DNA from: a virus
Reading direction: 5' to 3' (one strand)
Length of the DNA stretch: 64,000 nt
IMG/VR virus record: IMGVR_UViG_3300035204_001027
Span: 1-64,000 of that record
In this document: one piece after another, positions 18,555 to 30,958 of the stretch
Layout: every line of letters starts with the position of its first letter
Numbering within the stretch: the first letter of the stretch is position 1
Translations under genes and position numbers: made by a program
Notes under the pieces: generated by a model
What the model saw: the letters and a program-made list of their open reading frames with translations, nothing else
Told to the model about the DNA's origin: nothing
Databases searched by the model: none

Positions 18555-21500
18555 ATGAATAAATATAGCGAACAAGCCATTGCATATATGCGAGAACGAA
18601 TGGCAGAGAGTGAATGGGAAGGTTTAAATGACCGAGACATAAGACTAATCCTTATGGAGGGTTGTGTGGGCTGGAATAATATCGAAGATGCTGAAGTGAT
18701 TGCTCAATACGAGTCAATCTACGAGGAGGATGAAGAATGAGTCATTCAACAGATGCCGCAACACCGCAAGGCGATTTAAGATATGTTTCACAGACATTAG
18801 ATATTGCTAATAAGCATGGACTCGCAGCAGAAGTAATGTGGAGTGCGCTCATAATGGCGGCTGAAGCAAATGAACACGACCAAACAATGGAACAAGTGCT
18901 TAAAGCGGCACTAGGAGAGTGGGATATATAAGAAAGGAATAAAATGGAGTATATTAATGTAATTATATTTTTAAGTTTTTATATTTTTATCGTGGCAATT
19001 ATGCCATTGGTATTGATGAGTGCGGTATTGTTTTTCATTCTCGACGTAGCATCGAGTCTCGTTAAGAATGAGAATTAAACCGATACAACCAGTGTGGCGC
19101 GTTTGGGAGACGGTTTACAACTGGAAAACTGGCGGGTATCTTATTAAAGAGAAAGACGTACCCAAGGGTAAGAAAAAAGTTAATAAAAAAAGTCTTGACA
19201 TAACCGATAAAAATATGATAGACTTGGAGAATGATGGAAGCAGTAGAACGAAGTAGCGGCTGGTGGCTGGTAGATGATGATGGCCCAATCGAAGGCCCGT
19301 TCATAGAATACCAAGACTTGTGTGATTTTTACATCCGAATGGACTATGAAAGTAATTCTTAAAAACGAATATCTGCATCCAGATTGGGACGCGATGGGGC
19401 TTCAGCCAGAGGTTTGTGAAAGACCATACGTTGAACATTATGCCGCTAACGATAGTGGTGGCGTAACGCTGGTTCAAGTCGGCCCGTTCGATGGTTGTAG
19501 CGAAGCGCATGAGTGGATTAACTCTAACAGGGAAAAAGATGCTAGGAATCATCCACACTTAAAGGAGGAATTGTAATGGGTGAGTCTGTATTAGTTTTTA
19601 TAGCTTGGATTGTTATAGGTAAAATTATTGACAAGAGGTTTCATTTAAGGTAAATTATGAAAAGATATTTTGTAACTGATTGTGACGAAAACGGAGAAGC
19701 GATTGCTGGGACAATCTTTGAAATTAATCTTGAAGAATCAGTCGCCGCGACAAGGGAGCAGACCCAAGAAGATATTAGGAGTTATTTCGACGGAGCGGTT
19801 CCTCCTTTTGTCTTTACAGCGCAAGATAAGGTTGATTGGAGCGATGACCTTTGCCAAATCGTTGTTGATAATTTTAAGAATATGGAGTTAAAGTAATTTA
19901 TGAATAGAATAGATATGAAATCCTATTTAGCGCATTTTGTTTCAGAAAGCGAGATGTTCACAGTAAAAACAGATGGCATAAGTCACGTTCATGCACACGC
20001 AAGAGCTTGGCTTAAATTTATGCAGAGTGGTAAGTATAAGAATAACAAAGATGGTTGGGAGTTAGATTCGTTGTTAGATTTAACTTCAGATACTCCCGAC
20101 GAAAATGTAGACCCCTTTCAGACAAACCCACAAAATGGCGTTACGCCAGACAAGGTTAAATGGGCTGATGAATCAGTATGAGAAAAAAGGAATTGATAAA
20201 AAAGTATGAAGCGATGCTTGCTAATATGATAGTTATGGACGATTATGATGGAGGACAAGCAGAGATGTTAAGAATTGTAATTAAAGATTTGAAAAAGAAA
20301 GATGAGAAATTACGAACTAATTAAGGCAGTCTATGATAGATGCCCAGATGCCCGTGACCATAGCTTCACGGTAGACCAATACTTTGACCGTTGCCAAGAC
20401 ATCATAGATTTGATTGAAAGAGAAAGGCCAGAGATTAAGAGTGAGATTAATAGCGTTGACGCAAAAGAAATCGAGCGGCACGTTGGGCTTGAGATTGGGC
20501 CAGATGGTACAGTCAATAGCATTATAGGAAACAATTATTCGGGATTGGATTAGAATGATTAAAGAACCAGAATATATAAAATGGCCCGATGGCTCACAAA
20601 CCACAACCAAGTGGGAGAGCAAAGCAGATGAGCGAACAAAGGTTCTCACAGAGGCTTTATTTGAAATTCAAAGACGGATGCCAGCAGGACAGATGTGGAG
20701 TATGTATTCACATGGAGCTTGCAGACAAATTGCAGACCATCTTAATGATAGATTAAGCGAATGGGAAAGTAATAAGTAATGGAAGTGATGATATACATGG
20801 CGGCAATCGTAGCGGCACTAATTATATTAGCGTGGACTTTAGATTATGACGACGAACAGCGAGAAGATTAACTTTAGATTAGTATATTAAAAATTAAAAA
20901 TGACAACGAATAAAAAATTCCCGAAAGGACAAATCAACATTATCAATCAAAACGGTAGTGACCAGACAGAACCAGAGACGGGTCTTGAAGTAAACCTTCA
21001 TTGGAGAGATGGCGTACCAGTGTGTGCTGAAATTTTTGGAGAACGAGAAGAACACTATGCCGAAATAGGATTAGAGTTTGATGGTAAAGACTTGGTGGAT
21101 TACGATGGCGTATTTGAATTACCAGCCGAAGTAGCTGAAATGCTTAAAGAAGCGGGTTACAGAATAGAATTATGAAAACCGAAATTGAAAATGCAAATTG
21201 GATTGTCGAAGGAATAAGAGATAGCCTTGAAAAGATTAAAGCTGCACACGAAGATTCTGAATGGGATACGGTTGCAGAAGCAGAGGAAACATGGGAATGA
21301 TTTACGGAGTACCAAAAGAAAGCGTTCCACACTCAAGGGATTATTGGGGCGATGAACATGAGAGACTATACAAAGCTGAATTAGAAGCATGGGGCAAGAC
21401 CCTCAACAGAGACAGAAGCTACGACAACATGATGACTAAACTCGCTGACGAGAAGCGCAAAAAGTACGGTACTACTTGTAGCTACAACGGATATTAAAAA

Positions 21501-22882
21501 TGAAAGCTATAATTGAAATCGAGTTAGGAAACGATGCGTTTGGCAATACGCCAGCAGAACGCTTGTTTGAAATGCAAAATGTTACAGAACGCCTTGTCGA
21601 TAGAGCAGGGAAAATCATGGCAGTCGATGTCGGTGATTTTGTTACTGCACAAGACTCTAATGGAAACACCGTTGCAAGAATGGACATTGTAGAGGATTAA
21701 ATTATGACTAAAGAAGAAACCAGAGAACAAATCCAAGAGGACATCATCTGCTATGTAGAAGCTGCTGGAGGTTATGAGGAAAACGCGAATGCCCTCTGTC
21801 AAATCGTAGTAGACAATTTTAAGAAGATGGAGGACTAAATGAAAGGCTACGTTCAAGTATATCGAAACCTAAACAAGAAGTTAGGTGATGGAGGTAATTG
21901 TGTTTATAGTGTGCGTGGTAGCGACGGATTAGTTAAGCGTCATACCTGTCATATCACGCTTCACGATGTTACTTTTCGAGTAGGAGAGAAGGGCAAACAG
22001 AGAGTGCGTGATGAAAAGCGTAAAAATGTTCACGCATACATTCAAGGGAGAGAGTGTTTCAACGAAGAAGAACAACGCTGGGAATACATTGGCCCAGATT
22101 GTAATTACGTTAATGACCCTAATACTGTTACTGTTTACTATAATCCATATAAATGTGATTCTTTTATCCGAACAGACACGGGAGAGAAAGTTACCAAAGC
22201 GAAGGTAGTTATCATTGGCACGGGTAAAATGGGTAAAGAAGTAAAAGCTATTTTATGAAAACTGAATTAGAAAAACTTTTAGATAAACACAGTTAAAATT
22301 ATGGAAACTATTAAATACTTACATTTAACCAACGATGATGGAGATGACGTTTATATTAATCCATTAAAAATTCTGTTCATTCATGCTGTTGCTGCACCGA
22401 AGATGGGGTCAATCGGATTTAAGGCGACGATGAAGGACAAAAAAGAAAGACAAACGATAATTCATTTCAATAATGGAAGTAAGCTCCTAGTCAAAGAGGG
22501 AGTGAAAGAAGTTTTAGGATATTTAACCGAGGAATAATTTATGAAGAATCTTAAAAAAGGAAAGGAAATTCAAAGGGTAAGCGAAGCAACTACCCAAGAC
22601 CGTGACAAGCTGAAAGCCTTGCTGGGACTAGGGTGGAACTACTGCTCCAATAATGAATGGAGAGCATATAGAGATGCTAAACTTGAGAAGAAAGTGAGTA
22701 AGAAGAATGAGCGGAAAAGAAAAACAAGAGCGTAAACAACGCCTAGATAAGATGTTGAGTGGCAATCTTCAAGAAACCCTTGAGCGTAAAGCTCAATACT
22801 ATAAAAAGTGGGGCTACGAGAAGCAAGCCAAGAAGGTTCGTGCCTTCAAAAAAGAAGTACGGAAAATGGTAGGTAGCCTTTA
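18555..22882 (+). other. run of small co-oriented hypothetical genes (e.g. 18555-18740, 18737-18931, 19068-19256, 19346-19576, 19657-19896, 19900-20181, 20302-20553, 20555-20779, 20900-21175, 21297-21497, 21500-21700, 21704-21838, 21839-22258, 22301-22537, 22541-22735)
   Basis: tightly packed + strand ORFs, many acidic; internal promoters at 19195 and 19628. Confidence 0.7.
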
Positions 22883-22886
22883 ATCT

Positions 22887-23405
22887 ATGAAGAAATATAT
22901 TTTAATTTATTTATTAACCCTTGTTCATGTGAGTGCTGACCAAGTTCTCACGCAGGGAGAGAGAATCGTCGCACTTACAATTTTGGGAGAGGCGCGTGGT
23001 GAGGGTAAAATCGGTATGCTTGCCGTGGGATGTGTAATACAAAAACGAGCGTTAGAACGCAACCTCACGCCAGCACAGGTATGTTTAGAACCCTATCAGT
23101 TTAGTCCTTGGAACGCTGGTAATGGCAAAGTTAAAAAAGAAAGTGAGTTGTATTATTTATGGAAATCCCCAAGCAAGATGTATGCAAGAGAACTGGCTAG
23201 ATTTCTGTATAGAGACGATGTGGTACTGAAGGATGTCACGCTTAATGCTAATCATTTTTGTAATATAAATGTTAAACCTAAATGGGGGCTACCAGTTGGT
23301 CATCCTTATTTGCTACCTACTGTTATTATCGGCAGACATAAGTTTTACAATTTACCTTATTTAAAAAAAGGTCTTGACAAAAGTAAGAAAAATACGATAA
23401 GATAG
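22887..23405 (+). CDS. cell wall hydrolase (SleB / Hydrolase_2 family) with signal peptide
   Basis: TILGEARGEG..GMLAVGCVI..R, YQFSPWN, ANHF, IGRHKFY. Confidence 0.85.
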   Translation: MKKYILIYLLTLVHVSADQVLTQGERIVALTILGEARGEGKIGMLAVGCVIQKRALERNLTPAQVCLEPYQFSPWNAGNGKVKKESELYYLWKSPSKMYARELARFLYRDDVVLKDVTLNANHFCNINVKPKWGLPVGHPYLLPTVIIGRHKFYNLPYLKKGLDKSKKNTIR

Positions 23406-23412
23406 AATCAAC

Positions 23413-23763
23413 ATGAAAGAAACAAACCCACTAAAAAAAACCCTTGAAAAAATGCTAGTGCAAACCGAACAGGGGATGGCATCAGTTAATTATCAATGCA
23501 CCGAAGAAGATTTAACAATCAACGAAAATGGGGAAAAATCTTATACTCAAGAGTATTTAGATAATATGCCCACAGAACTCGCGCTGGGCGTTGGCCGTCA
23601 CTCGGCTTTGTTGGATGTTTTGGATATTATAGACACACAAGAAACTCTTCAAGGTTTTAAGAGTGAAATTCATCAAGTAATGAAAGACCATCAGAATGAT
23701 TGGGAAAGCAATCCAAGATTTCAAATTAAGTTTGATGATGAAGATGAGGCTTCAAACAACTAG
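23413..23763 (+). CDS. hypothetical protein
   Basis: promoter 23374-23403 directly upstream. Confidence 0.65.
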   Translation: MKETNPLKKTLEKMLVQTEQGMASVNYQCTEEDLTINENGEKSYTQEYLDNMPTELALGVGRHSALLDVLDIIDTQETLQGFKSEIHQVMKDHQNDWESNPRFQIKFDDEDEASNN

Positions 23764-23771
23764 GAGACAGT

Positions 23772-24032
23772 ATGCCAAAGAAGAAAAATTATTTAAATGT
23801 AAGGGGTATCAAGATTCCTCGTCCACCGCAAATGGCAACCCATATTAAAATCCATTGCAAGGGCAAGAAATTCGCAGTAGTAGCGATTAAAGATATAGAC
23901 ACTCTTTTGGGTACTGAAGGTAAGCTGCAATATCAAAGATTTAATATGAAATCCAAGAAGTTCGTGGAGGAGTATAAAGATAAGTATAAGTGGGATGGAG
24001 AAGGCGTAACCAATTTTAAGTTTGATGATTAA
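23772..24032 (+). CDS. basic hypothetical protein
   Basis: AGGAG upstream of ATG. Confidence 0.6.
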   Translation: MPKKKNYLNVRGIKIPRPPQMATHIKIHCKGKKFAVVAIKDIDTLLGTEGKLQYQRFNMKSKKFVEEYKDKYKWDGEGVTNFKFDD

Positions 24033-24093
24033 TCTTTTCTTAAAAAAGTGCTTGACTTAAACAGTAAACCTATGTTAGTATTAGAACAGTAGT

Positions 24094-26331
24094 ATGAAAC
24101 CTATCGAAAAGAAACAAACCATGCAGAGTAGCGGAGTTACTAAATCCGTTAGCTTTGGAATTAAGGCATCTGGCCTCCACCACATTTTAGGCATCTTACG
24201 GAATCAGTTGTATTCTGACAAGGTGCTTGCAGTATTGCGAGAGTATTCTTGTAATGCAGTTGATGCTCACACAGAAATAGGCGAAGGGGATACTCCCATT
24301 GAAGTTACCTTGCCAAGTAAACTTTCACCAGAGTTCAGAGTGCGCGATTTTGGCCCCGCTTTAAGCGACGAGGAAATTCAAGATGTTTATGCGTTCTATG
24401 GGGAATCTACGAAGCGAAATTCTAACGACCAGATTGGTATGCTTGGAATCGGTTCTAAAGCGGCGTTTGCTTATGGAGACAATTTTGTAATTAACTCTTA
24501 CATTGATGGAGTAAAACATTCATACAATGCTTATATTGACCCATCTCAAATTGGTCAAATTAGCAAACTGGGCGAAGAAAGTACCACAGAAAAAAATGGT
24601 ATTGAAATTGTTGTACCAGTAAATGACTCTGATGTTCAAGAGTTTGCGGATAAGGCGAAAAATTTATTTGAATGGTTCAAAGTAAGACCTAAAGTTCATG
24701 GTCAATCTTGGACATGGGATAAAAGGGAAACTCTTTTCGAGGGAGAAAATTGGAAGTGGCTCAATGCCAATCAAGATAGATGGAGTAGTGATAGAGGTGT
24801 AGCAACCATTGTGATGGGAAACATCGGATACCCTATTGACCAGTATGCTCTCAATTTGCAGGACGATGATGCTGAATTAAATTCCCTTTTGAATAAGAAT
24901 TTGGTTATTGAAGCCGAAATCGGTGATTTAGAAATCTCTGCTTCCCGTGAGTCGTTGCAGTTCACTGATTATACTCGTTCTCAAATCGTAAAGAGGTTAC
25001 GTCAAGTTCAAGGCGAATTGATTGGCGAGTTAACAACTAGATTTAATGCGTCAAAAACTCTGTACGATGCCAAATGTCTGTATGGAAGCATCTTTGACTA
25101 TGGAAGCGGGTTATATTCATTGGCTGAAGTGGTTAGAGGCAAGCTAAAGTATAAAGGCAAGGTCGTAGACTCTGATTCTTTTAGCATTTACAACACATCG
25201 GGTATTGTTTTGCACAAGTTTAAGAAGTCGCATAGGGGATATAGGCGTTTCAAGCCAGAGGAAATGTCCTCATTGACCTGCGATATGAATACTGTTGTGG
25301 TTCACAATGATTTGGGGCATAGGCGCGGTATCCTTGGTAGAATTTTGCCTCTTGCCGAAACGGATGGCAAGGAAGTTTATTTGATTCAAGCTGAAGATAA
25401 GAAGTCTTGGGATAAATTCGTCAAAGATGAGAAGTTTGATGCGCCCATGACAGAACTTTCCAGTTTACCCAAGCACTCATTGTCAGAGTTCAATGGCTAT
25501 ACAAATGCGACAGGAGGCTCTACGGGAGACAAAAATCCGAAGCATACAGCAAAGGTATTTTCCTTGGATTGGGATGGCATAAAAAGTCACAGGTACGGTT
25601 ATGGGAATAACAAGTCGAAGTTTTGGAAAACTGCTGACGTTGATATTGCCAATGAGTCTGGAATTTATGTAATCATTGATAAATTTGAGATTCTAGCTAA
25701 CAATCCTGACGCAGAATCATATCAGTGGCGAGAAGGGAGTGTGCATCCAACTTCAATGAGCCAAGTAAAAGAACTCTTGGAGCAAGCGGGAATTGCAGTT
25801 CCAAAAGTGATAGCCGTTAAGGTCGCTAAACGAAAATCTATTGAAGGTAAGGATGGTTGGACTCCTCTGTTTGATTGGTTGAAGAATACAATCATAGCCA
25901 AGATGGAAGAAGAGGATATTACTCAAAAGTTTACTGACCGTAATGCTGCTTCTCTTGCCACTTCTGGTTCTAGTTGGCATTCATCGCCATCGAATGAACA
26001 AACAGCAGATGTATTGTCGCATATTCAATTACCAGAAATTAGTCTATACGCTCAATATCACGCCAAGGTATTGGAGATGCTGAATGATGCAGAGAAGAAA
26101 AAGATTGACGCTTTCATCCAGATGACTAGAGAGTTTGGGGTTAAAATTGGAGAGGACTATAAACCCAAATACGACCTACCGAAGCTCAAGGCCAAGGTAG
26201 AAGCCCGATACACCGTGCTAGACATGATGAGTTGTTGGGGAGGATGGAGATGGGACAAAGCCAATGGCGAAAAAATTGCGAACTATATCAATGTGATAGA
26301 TGTTTGCACGGCTACAAAGGATTCTGCGTAG
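24094..26331 (+). CDS. rIIA: rIIA-like protein (GHKL ATPase N-terminus)
   Basis: LYSDKVLAVLREYSCNAVDAH, RDFG, STKRNSN, GMLGIGSK; followed by rIIB-like gene. Confidence 0.82.
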   Translation: MKPIEKKQTMQSSGVTKSVSFGIKASGLHHILGILRNQLYSDKVLAVLREYSCNAVDAHTEIGEGDTPIEVTLPSKLSPEFRVRDFGPALSDEEIQDVYAFYGESTKRNSNDQIGMLGIGSKAAFAYGDNFVINSYIDGVKHSYNAYIDPSQIGQISKLGEESTTEKNGIEIVVPVNDSDVQEFADKAKNLFEWFKVRPKVHGQSWTWDKRETLFEGENWKWLNANQDRWSSDRGVATIVMGNIGYPIDQYALNLQDDDAELNSLLNKNLVIEAEIGDLEISASRESLQFTDYTRSQIVKRLRQVQGELIGELTTRFNASKTLYDAKCLYGSIFDYGSGLYSLAEVVRGKLKYKGKVVDSDSFSIYNTSGIVLHKFKKSHRGYRRFKPEEMSSLTCDMNTVVVHNDLGHRRGILGRILPLAETDGKEVYLIQAEDKKSWDKFVKDEKFDAPMTELSSLPKHSLSEFNGYTNATGGSTGDKNPKHTAKVFSLDWDGIKSHRYGYGNNKSKFWKTADVDIANESGIYVIIDKFEILANNPDAESYQWREGSVHPTSMSQVKELLEQAGIAVPKVIAVKVAKRKSIEGKDGWTPLFDWLKNTIIAKMEEEDITQKFTDRNAASLATSGSSWHSSPSNEQTADVLSHIQLPEISLYAQYHAKVLEMLNDAEKKKIDAFIQMTREFGVKIGEDYKPKYDLPKLKAKVEARYTVLDMMSCWGGWRWDKANGEKIANYINVIDVCTATKDSA

Positions 26332-26509
26332 AACAAAGGGAGGGTGAGGTTTTAGTAGGTTTCACCTCGCTCTCCCTCTCAATTTAAGATGAAACAAAAA
26401 AGTTTATTTATATTAAGTTTTAGAGGTTTCTTCTCTGCGAGAAGAAAAAATTAAAAAAGAAAAGTATTGACAAACAGTGCAAAATCATGCTAGAATAAGA
26501 ATATAGAAA

Positions 26510-27385
26510 GTGGAGAAAACAAAAATGGATAACATTCCTTACATACTAACCGAACATAGCTTAACCGTTGTAATTGACGGCAAAGCTCAAACGATGCGAA
26601 ATGACCATCCTTCATGGGAAATGGCTAAAGCCGCTCTCAAGGATGAGGCATGGGACACATTGGGTGAAATGTTTGATGTACCAAAAGCGGTGCAAAGATA
26701 TTTTGACAATGAAGTTGGCATCGACATTAAGAATGGTGTTGTTTATTACGAAGGCGAGCCTGTTCACAACATGGTTGTGGATAAGATTCTCGACTTCATG
26801 CGTAATGGACTACCATACAAGCCACTCGTAAAGTTTGCGGGTAAGCTAATGGAGAATCCGTCACGGCGAGCCGTTGATGAATTGTATTCCTTTCTGGAAC
26901 ACAAAAATATGCCCATCACACCAGAAGGAAACTTCCTTGCGTACAAAGGAGTGACTTCTGATTTCAAAGATTGTTATTCTAACAAGTTTGACAATTCTGT
27001 TGGGCAAACATTGTCAATGACGCGCAACACGGTTTGCGATGATGCAAATGTTGGTTGCTCTCAAGGTTTCCATGCTGGAAGCTATGAGTATGCCAAGGGG
27101 TATGCGTCACATGGAGGCAATTTGATGATTGTCGAAATTAATCCTGCCGATGTTGTGAGCGTACCGCATGATTGTGAGTGTCAGAAACTCCGTACCGCAT
27201 CATACAAGGTAGTGGGTCATTACGAGACTATTGACGCGCCACCTTTGAAAGAGGGTCTGAATGATGATTATTATGATTATGAGGATGATTATGATGGCGT
27301 TGTTGAGGCGGAAGAGGCCGATGTCTACGACGAAGGTTATCAAGCTGGATATGATGCAGCGATTGATAAATTGAAAAACGGATAA
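26510..27385 (+). CDS. rIIB: rIIB-like protein
   Basis: ENPS...ELYSFL, PITPEGNFLAYKGV, CSQGFHAGS, INPADVVSVP. Confidence 0.85.
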   Translation: MEKTKMDNIPYILTEHSLTVVIDGKAQTMRNDHPSWEMAKAALKDEAWDTLGEMFDVPKAVQRYFDNEVGIDIKNGVVYYEGEPVHNMVVDKILDFMRNGLPYKPLVKFAGKLMENPSRRAVDELYSFLEHKNMPITPEGNFLAYKGVTSDFKDCYSNKFDNSVGQTLSMTRNTVCDDANVGCSQGFHAGSYEYAKGYASHGGNLMIVEINPADVVSVPHDCECQKLRTASYKVVGHYETIDAPPLKEGLNDDYYDYEDDYDGVVEAEEADVYDEGYQAGYDAAIDKLKNG

Positions 27386-27398
27386 GTAGGTAGGAATG

Positions 27399-27439
27399 AA
27401 GGGGGGTTAGGCCCATGTTATGCCTAGCCTCCCTTTTTT
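27399..27439 (+). terminator. intrinsic terminator
   Basis: GGGGGGTTAGGC / GCCTAGCCTCCC stem then T-run. Confidence 0.75.
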
Positions 27440-27466
27440 AGAATTTAAAAAAATTAATTAATTATT

Positions 27467-28358
27467 ATGAAAATCGAATTTAAGAACTTATGCTTCAAAG
27501 AAGAAGAACTGGTAGATTCCACAGGCACTCACATTGCCAAACAGGCTCTAATCAAATTAGACAACGGGCTTGAAGTATCAGTAGTTAACAACAAATTTTC
27601 ACTAGGAGGGCAAAAAGGACTCTATGAAATGGGAGCCTTGAATCCAAGCGGAGGGATGGTATATATCGAAGAATGGCAAGATGAAGTCAAAGGATGGCTT
27701 ACTCAAGACGGCGTAGAAAAAGAATTAGAACATCTTCAACAATTAAAGATTTAATTATGGTTATTAAAAAAGAAAATGCGAAGTGGATTCCACCATTACC
27801 GCCAGAATGTCAGAATGGTACAAACTGGCACGGATGGATGAGTTATGATGGTGAAATATGGGAGATTACAAACATTCATAGTTATGATGATTATGGTGTT
27901 AGCTTGGAGACTTTTACTCTCGAAAGAGATGGTCAAAAAATAGAACTCTACTCTTATGATGAGGGAGAAACATTCATATCAGATATAGATTAATTATGAA
28001 AATTAAATGGGAAAGAAATAGCAGGTCGATGGCATTGGCTCGTTCGGGTAAAATTGACATGAAAGATGTTGTTGATAAAACTCAAACGCACAACTTTGAA
28101 GCAGACGCTTGTACGGTAAGAATGTCGAAGCCAACAGCACCGATTCCATTCGTCACTTTGCACATCAGAGGTAAGTCAGTGATAAGAACATATACATATG
28201 CTGGAGGCCAAACTTATGAATGTGCAGAAACTTGTCGCGTAAATTTTGGAGGAGACTACGATAATAATATGTGTTCCAACGGCAATCTCGACGCTCAATA
28301 TAGTTGGAAAGATGTGCATAATGCAGTTGAAGAAGTAAAGAAAGTAATGGGTATTTAA
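27467..28358 (+). other. three small hypothetical genes (27467-27754, 27757-27993, 27996-28358)
   Basis: each starts at ATTATG, tightly packed. Confidence 0.65.
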
Positions 28359-29150
28359 TTAAAAAGTACCACAAAGAAACCTGTTTATTAACATATGAAC
28401 CAAAACCTACTACATATAAGAAAGGTAACTTGTTATGATAGTAATGGTTATATTATTTGCGATAGGAATATGGTGGCTTACAGATGCTGCAAATGGATTA
28501 AAGGACTTATAGCGCGGTGTGGCAAAGTGTCGAATAGTGGGGAAAAGTGTGGAATCTCCCCCTATTTGGCCTTGCCCCCTTTAACATAGGAGTCTAAATA
28601 AGGACGTACATAATTAAATTAAAATATATCACTATGAACTGGGCAAAAGATATTTATACAAAAGTCAAGAACAAAATTTTCTATTATATATACAGAACGT
28701 ATGAGAAAGCGTTTAAGTGGATACATATTAACACATAAGATAGTGTAATTAAATATAAGTAATTATGTAATTTGTTTTGGCCCCCTTCCGAGGATTGGCC
28801 GAAATATGGTTGTTAGTAGTATGGAGTATTTATTTATAGTTTTTATTGTAGCCGCGATAAGTATGAGATTTATCGCCGCTATGAATCATGCAAACTATCT
28901 TAAAATTATTAAAAAGGATTTCGAGAAGAATTTCGCCCCCTTCCGCACAAAAACCGAAATAAGGAAGAACAAACACACTAATACAAAACGAGATTTAAAT
29001 GAATAATTTATTAAATATTAAGGTTATTTCCAGATTATTAGAGTGTTTAGTTGTTATATATAAGTTATTAGGGCGCGGAATATTAAAATTTTGTTATATC
29101 GGGCGGCAATATGCTTGACAAGATCCATAAAAGTATGATATTATTACATA

Positions 29151-29944
29151 ATGAGCAAAGAATTTTCAAAGAAACCACAAAATAATGTATTGCCTACAGG
29201 CATGGCATATAAATACGAAGTTGCGTATACGCAGTTGTTCGACATGGAAAAGGATTGGCGCAGGGCAATCATCATCGACGAACCAACGAGTCGTCACGGC
29301 GCGCTGTTAGCTCACATGGCCGCAATCTTGGCTGAAAAGGGTGAAATTACTGCGCGTGAGTGCCACCTAGGCGACGTTAAATATGACCCTTATCATCTGC
29401 AACAGAAGGTGGAAGTTTCGGGGCAAAAATAAATATTACAATTATGAATAAAAAAGATCGTAAAAAAGATCGTAAGTATTGGCAGACTCACAAAGAAGTG
29501 ATGACACAAGAATTAGAAAAATTAGACAGAAAGAATATTACTCTTATTTTCGATGATCCTCATAGCAAAGTAGCCAAACAGTTCGCCGCAAGGGTAGGGA
29601 CAATAACAAGAAAAGAGTTAGAATTAAGTTAATTAATTTTCTTGACAGGTATATCAAAGTTATGTTATACTTGTATCATGGCTAGGAAAAAAGGTTCAGG
29701 ACGTACAAAAGGCGCAGGGTCGTTTGTTAAAGTTTCATTACAAGAACTTAACAGACTTTTGCGCCCAGAAGCCGTTGTTATTATTAATCGTCGTTATGCC
29801 GAGCTTATCGGTTTAGCTAATGAGGATTTTATTGCGACCACGGAAAACATCAAAGCGGCTGGTGAGCAGGTCGATTTTCAAGTGACCAAATTAGACTCTG
29901 AAGAAGAGGCTGCACCAATGGCATTTAAGTCTGAAGATTGGTAA
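29151..29944 (+). other. three small hypothetical genes (29151-29432, 29444-29632, 29678-29944)
   Basis: promoters at 29115-29144 and 29642-29671. Confidence 0.65.
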
Positions 29945-29989
29945 ACTTTAGGCTTGACTTAATTAAGAAAACCGTGCTATTATTAAAAC

Positions 29990-30958
29990 ATGATTACGAC
30001 AGATATATTCGATGGTCTTATCGGCCAAGACGTTGCCAAGCGTAAACTTGGTTTCTATCACAACGGTTACTTGGCTAATCGTATTGTGCCTCATTTAATG
30101 TTTGTCGCGCCGAAAGGTTGCGGTAAAACTACTCTTGCAAAAGCAATGGGTAAGTTGTTAGTGGATAGTGAAGGAGTAAAACCTAAAAAGTTTTATGAAA
30201 TTAATTGTGCTTCTATAAAAAATCTTAATCAATTATGTAATCAATTTCTTATTCCTCATGTGTGTCACAATGAATGTACCGTTTTGTTTGATGAGTGCAG
30301 CGAGCTTCCAAAGGATGTGACTATGGCATTATTGACCATTCTTAATCCTAACCCAGAGAATCGCAACACTTTTGCTTATGAAGATTATGTGATGGATTTC
30401 AATTTTCGCGAACAGTCGTTTATGTTTGCCACAACTGAAGCTCAAAGCATCTTTCATGCTCTTATGGATAGGTGCGAGCGTGTTGACCTTGAGGAATATA
30501 CATTCAATGAACTTGGTAAGATTGTTTCTCTTGGCGCAGCGGATATTAGCTTTGAAGATGGATTGTTGGATAAGATTGCTGAAGTGTTGCGCGGCAATGC
30601 GCGAGCAGCGCAGAAAATGGCAATGAATATCATGTCGTATTTGGGCGGCAAGGGTAGCTCATCTTTCGATTTCAAAGATTGGGATGAGTTGCAGCATCAG
30701 CTTGGCATACTTCCTCTTGGCTTGAGTCGTATTGAGTTGCAAGTGCTGAACATTTTAACCGAGAAGAAAGAGTGCAGCCTAACTAATCTGGCTGCCAAAA
30801 CTGGCTTGACTCCAGAGTGTCTGCGGCGTGACTTTGAGATGTATCTTCAGAAGATGAACCTCATGGACATCACCACAGCAGGACGGTCGATTACTCCAGA
30901 TGGACAGCAGTACCTTCGCACCTTGGAGAAGAGGCGCAAGAAGAAAGCTAAAAAATAA
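29990..30958 (+). CDS. RuvB-like AAA+ ATPase
   Basis: APKGCGKTTLA Walker A, LFDEC Walker B, FATTE, ALMDRC, RGNAR, C-terminal winged-helix ending GRSIT. Confidence 0.85.
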   Translation: MITTDIFDGLIGQDVAKRKLGFYHNGYLANRIVPHLMFVAPKGCGKTTLAKAMGKLLVDSEGVKPKKFYEINCASIKNLNQLCNQFLIPHVCHNECTVLFDECSELPKDVTMALLTILNPNPENRNTFAYEDYVMDFNFREQSFMFATTEAQSIFHALMDRCERVDLEEYTFNELGKIVSLGAADISFEDGLLDKIAEVLRGNARAAQKMAMNIMSYLGGKGSSSFDFKDWDELQHQLGILPLGLSRIELQVLNILTEKKECSLTNLAAKTGLTPECLRRDFEMYLQKMNLMDITTAGRSITPDGQQYLRTLEKRRKKKAKK

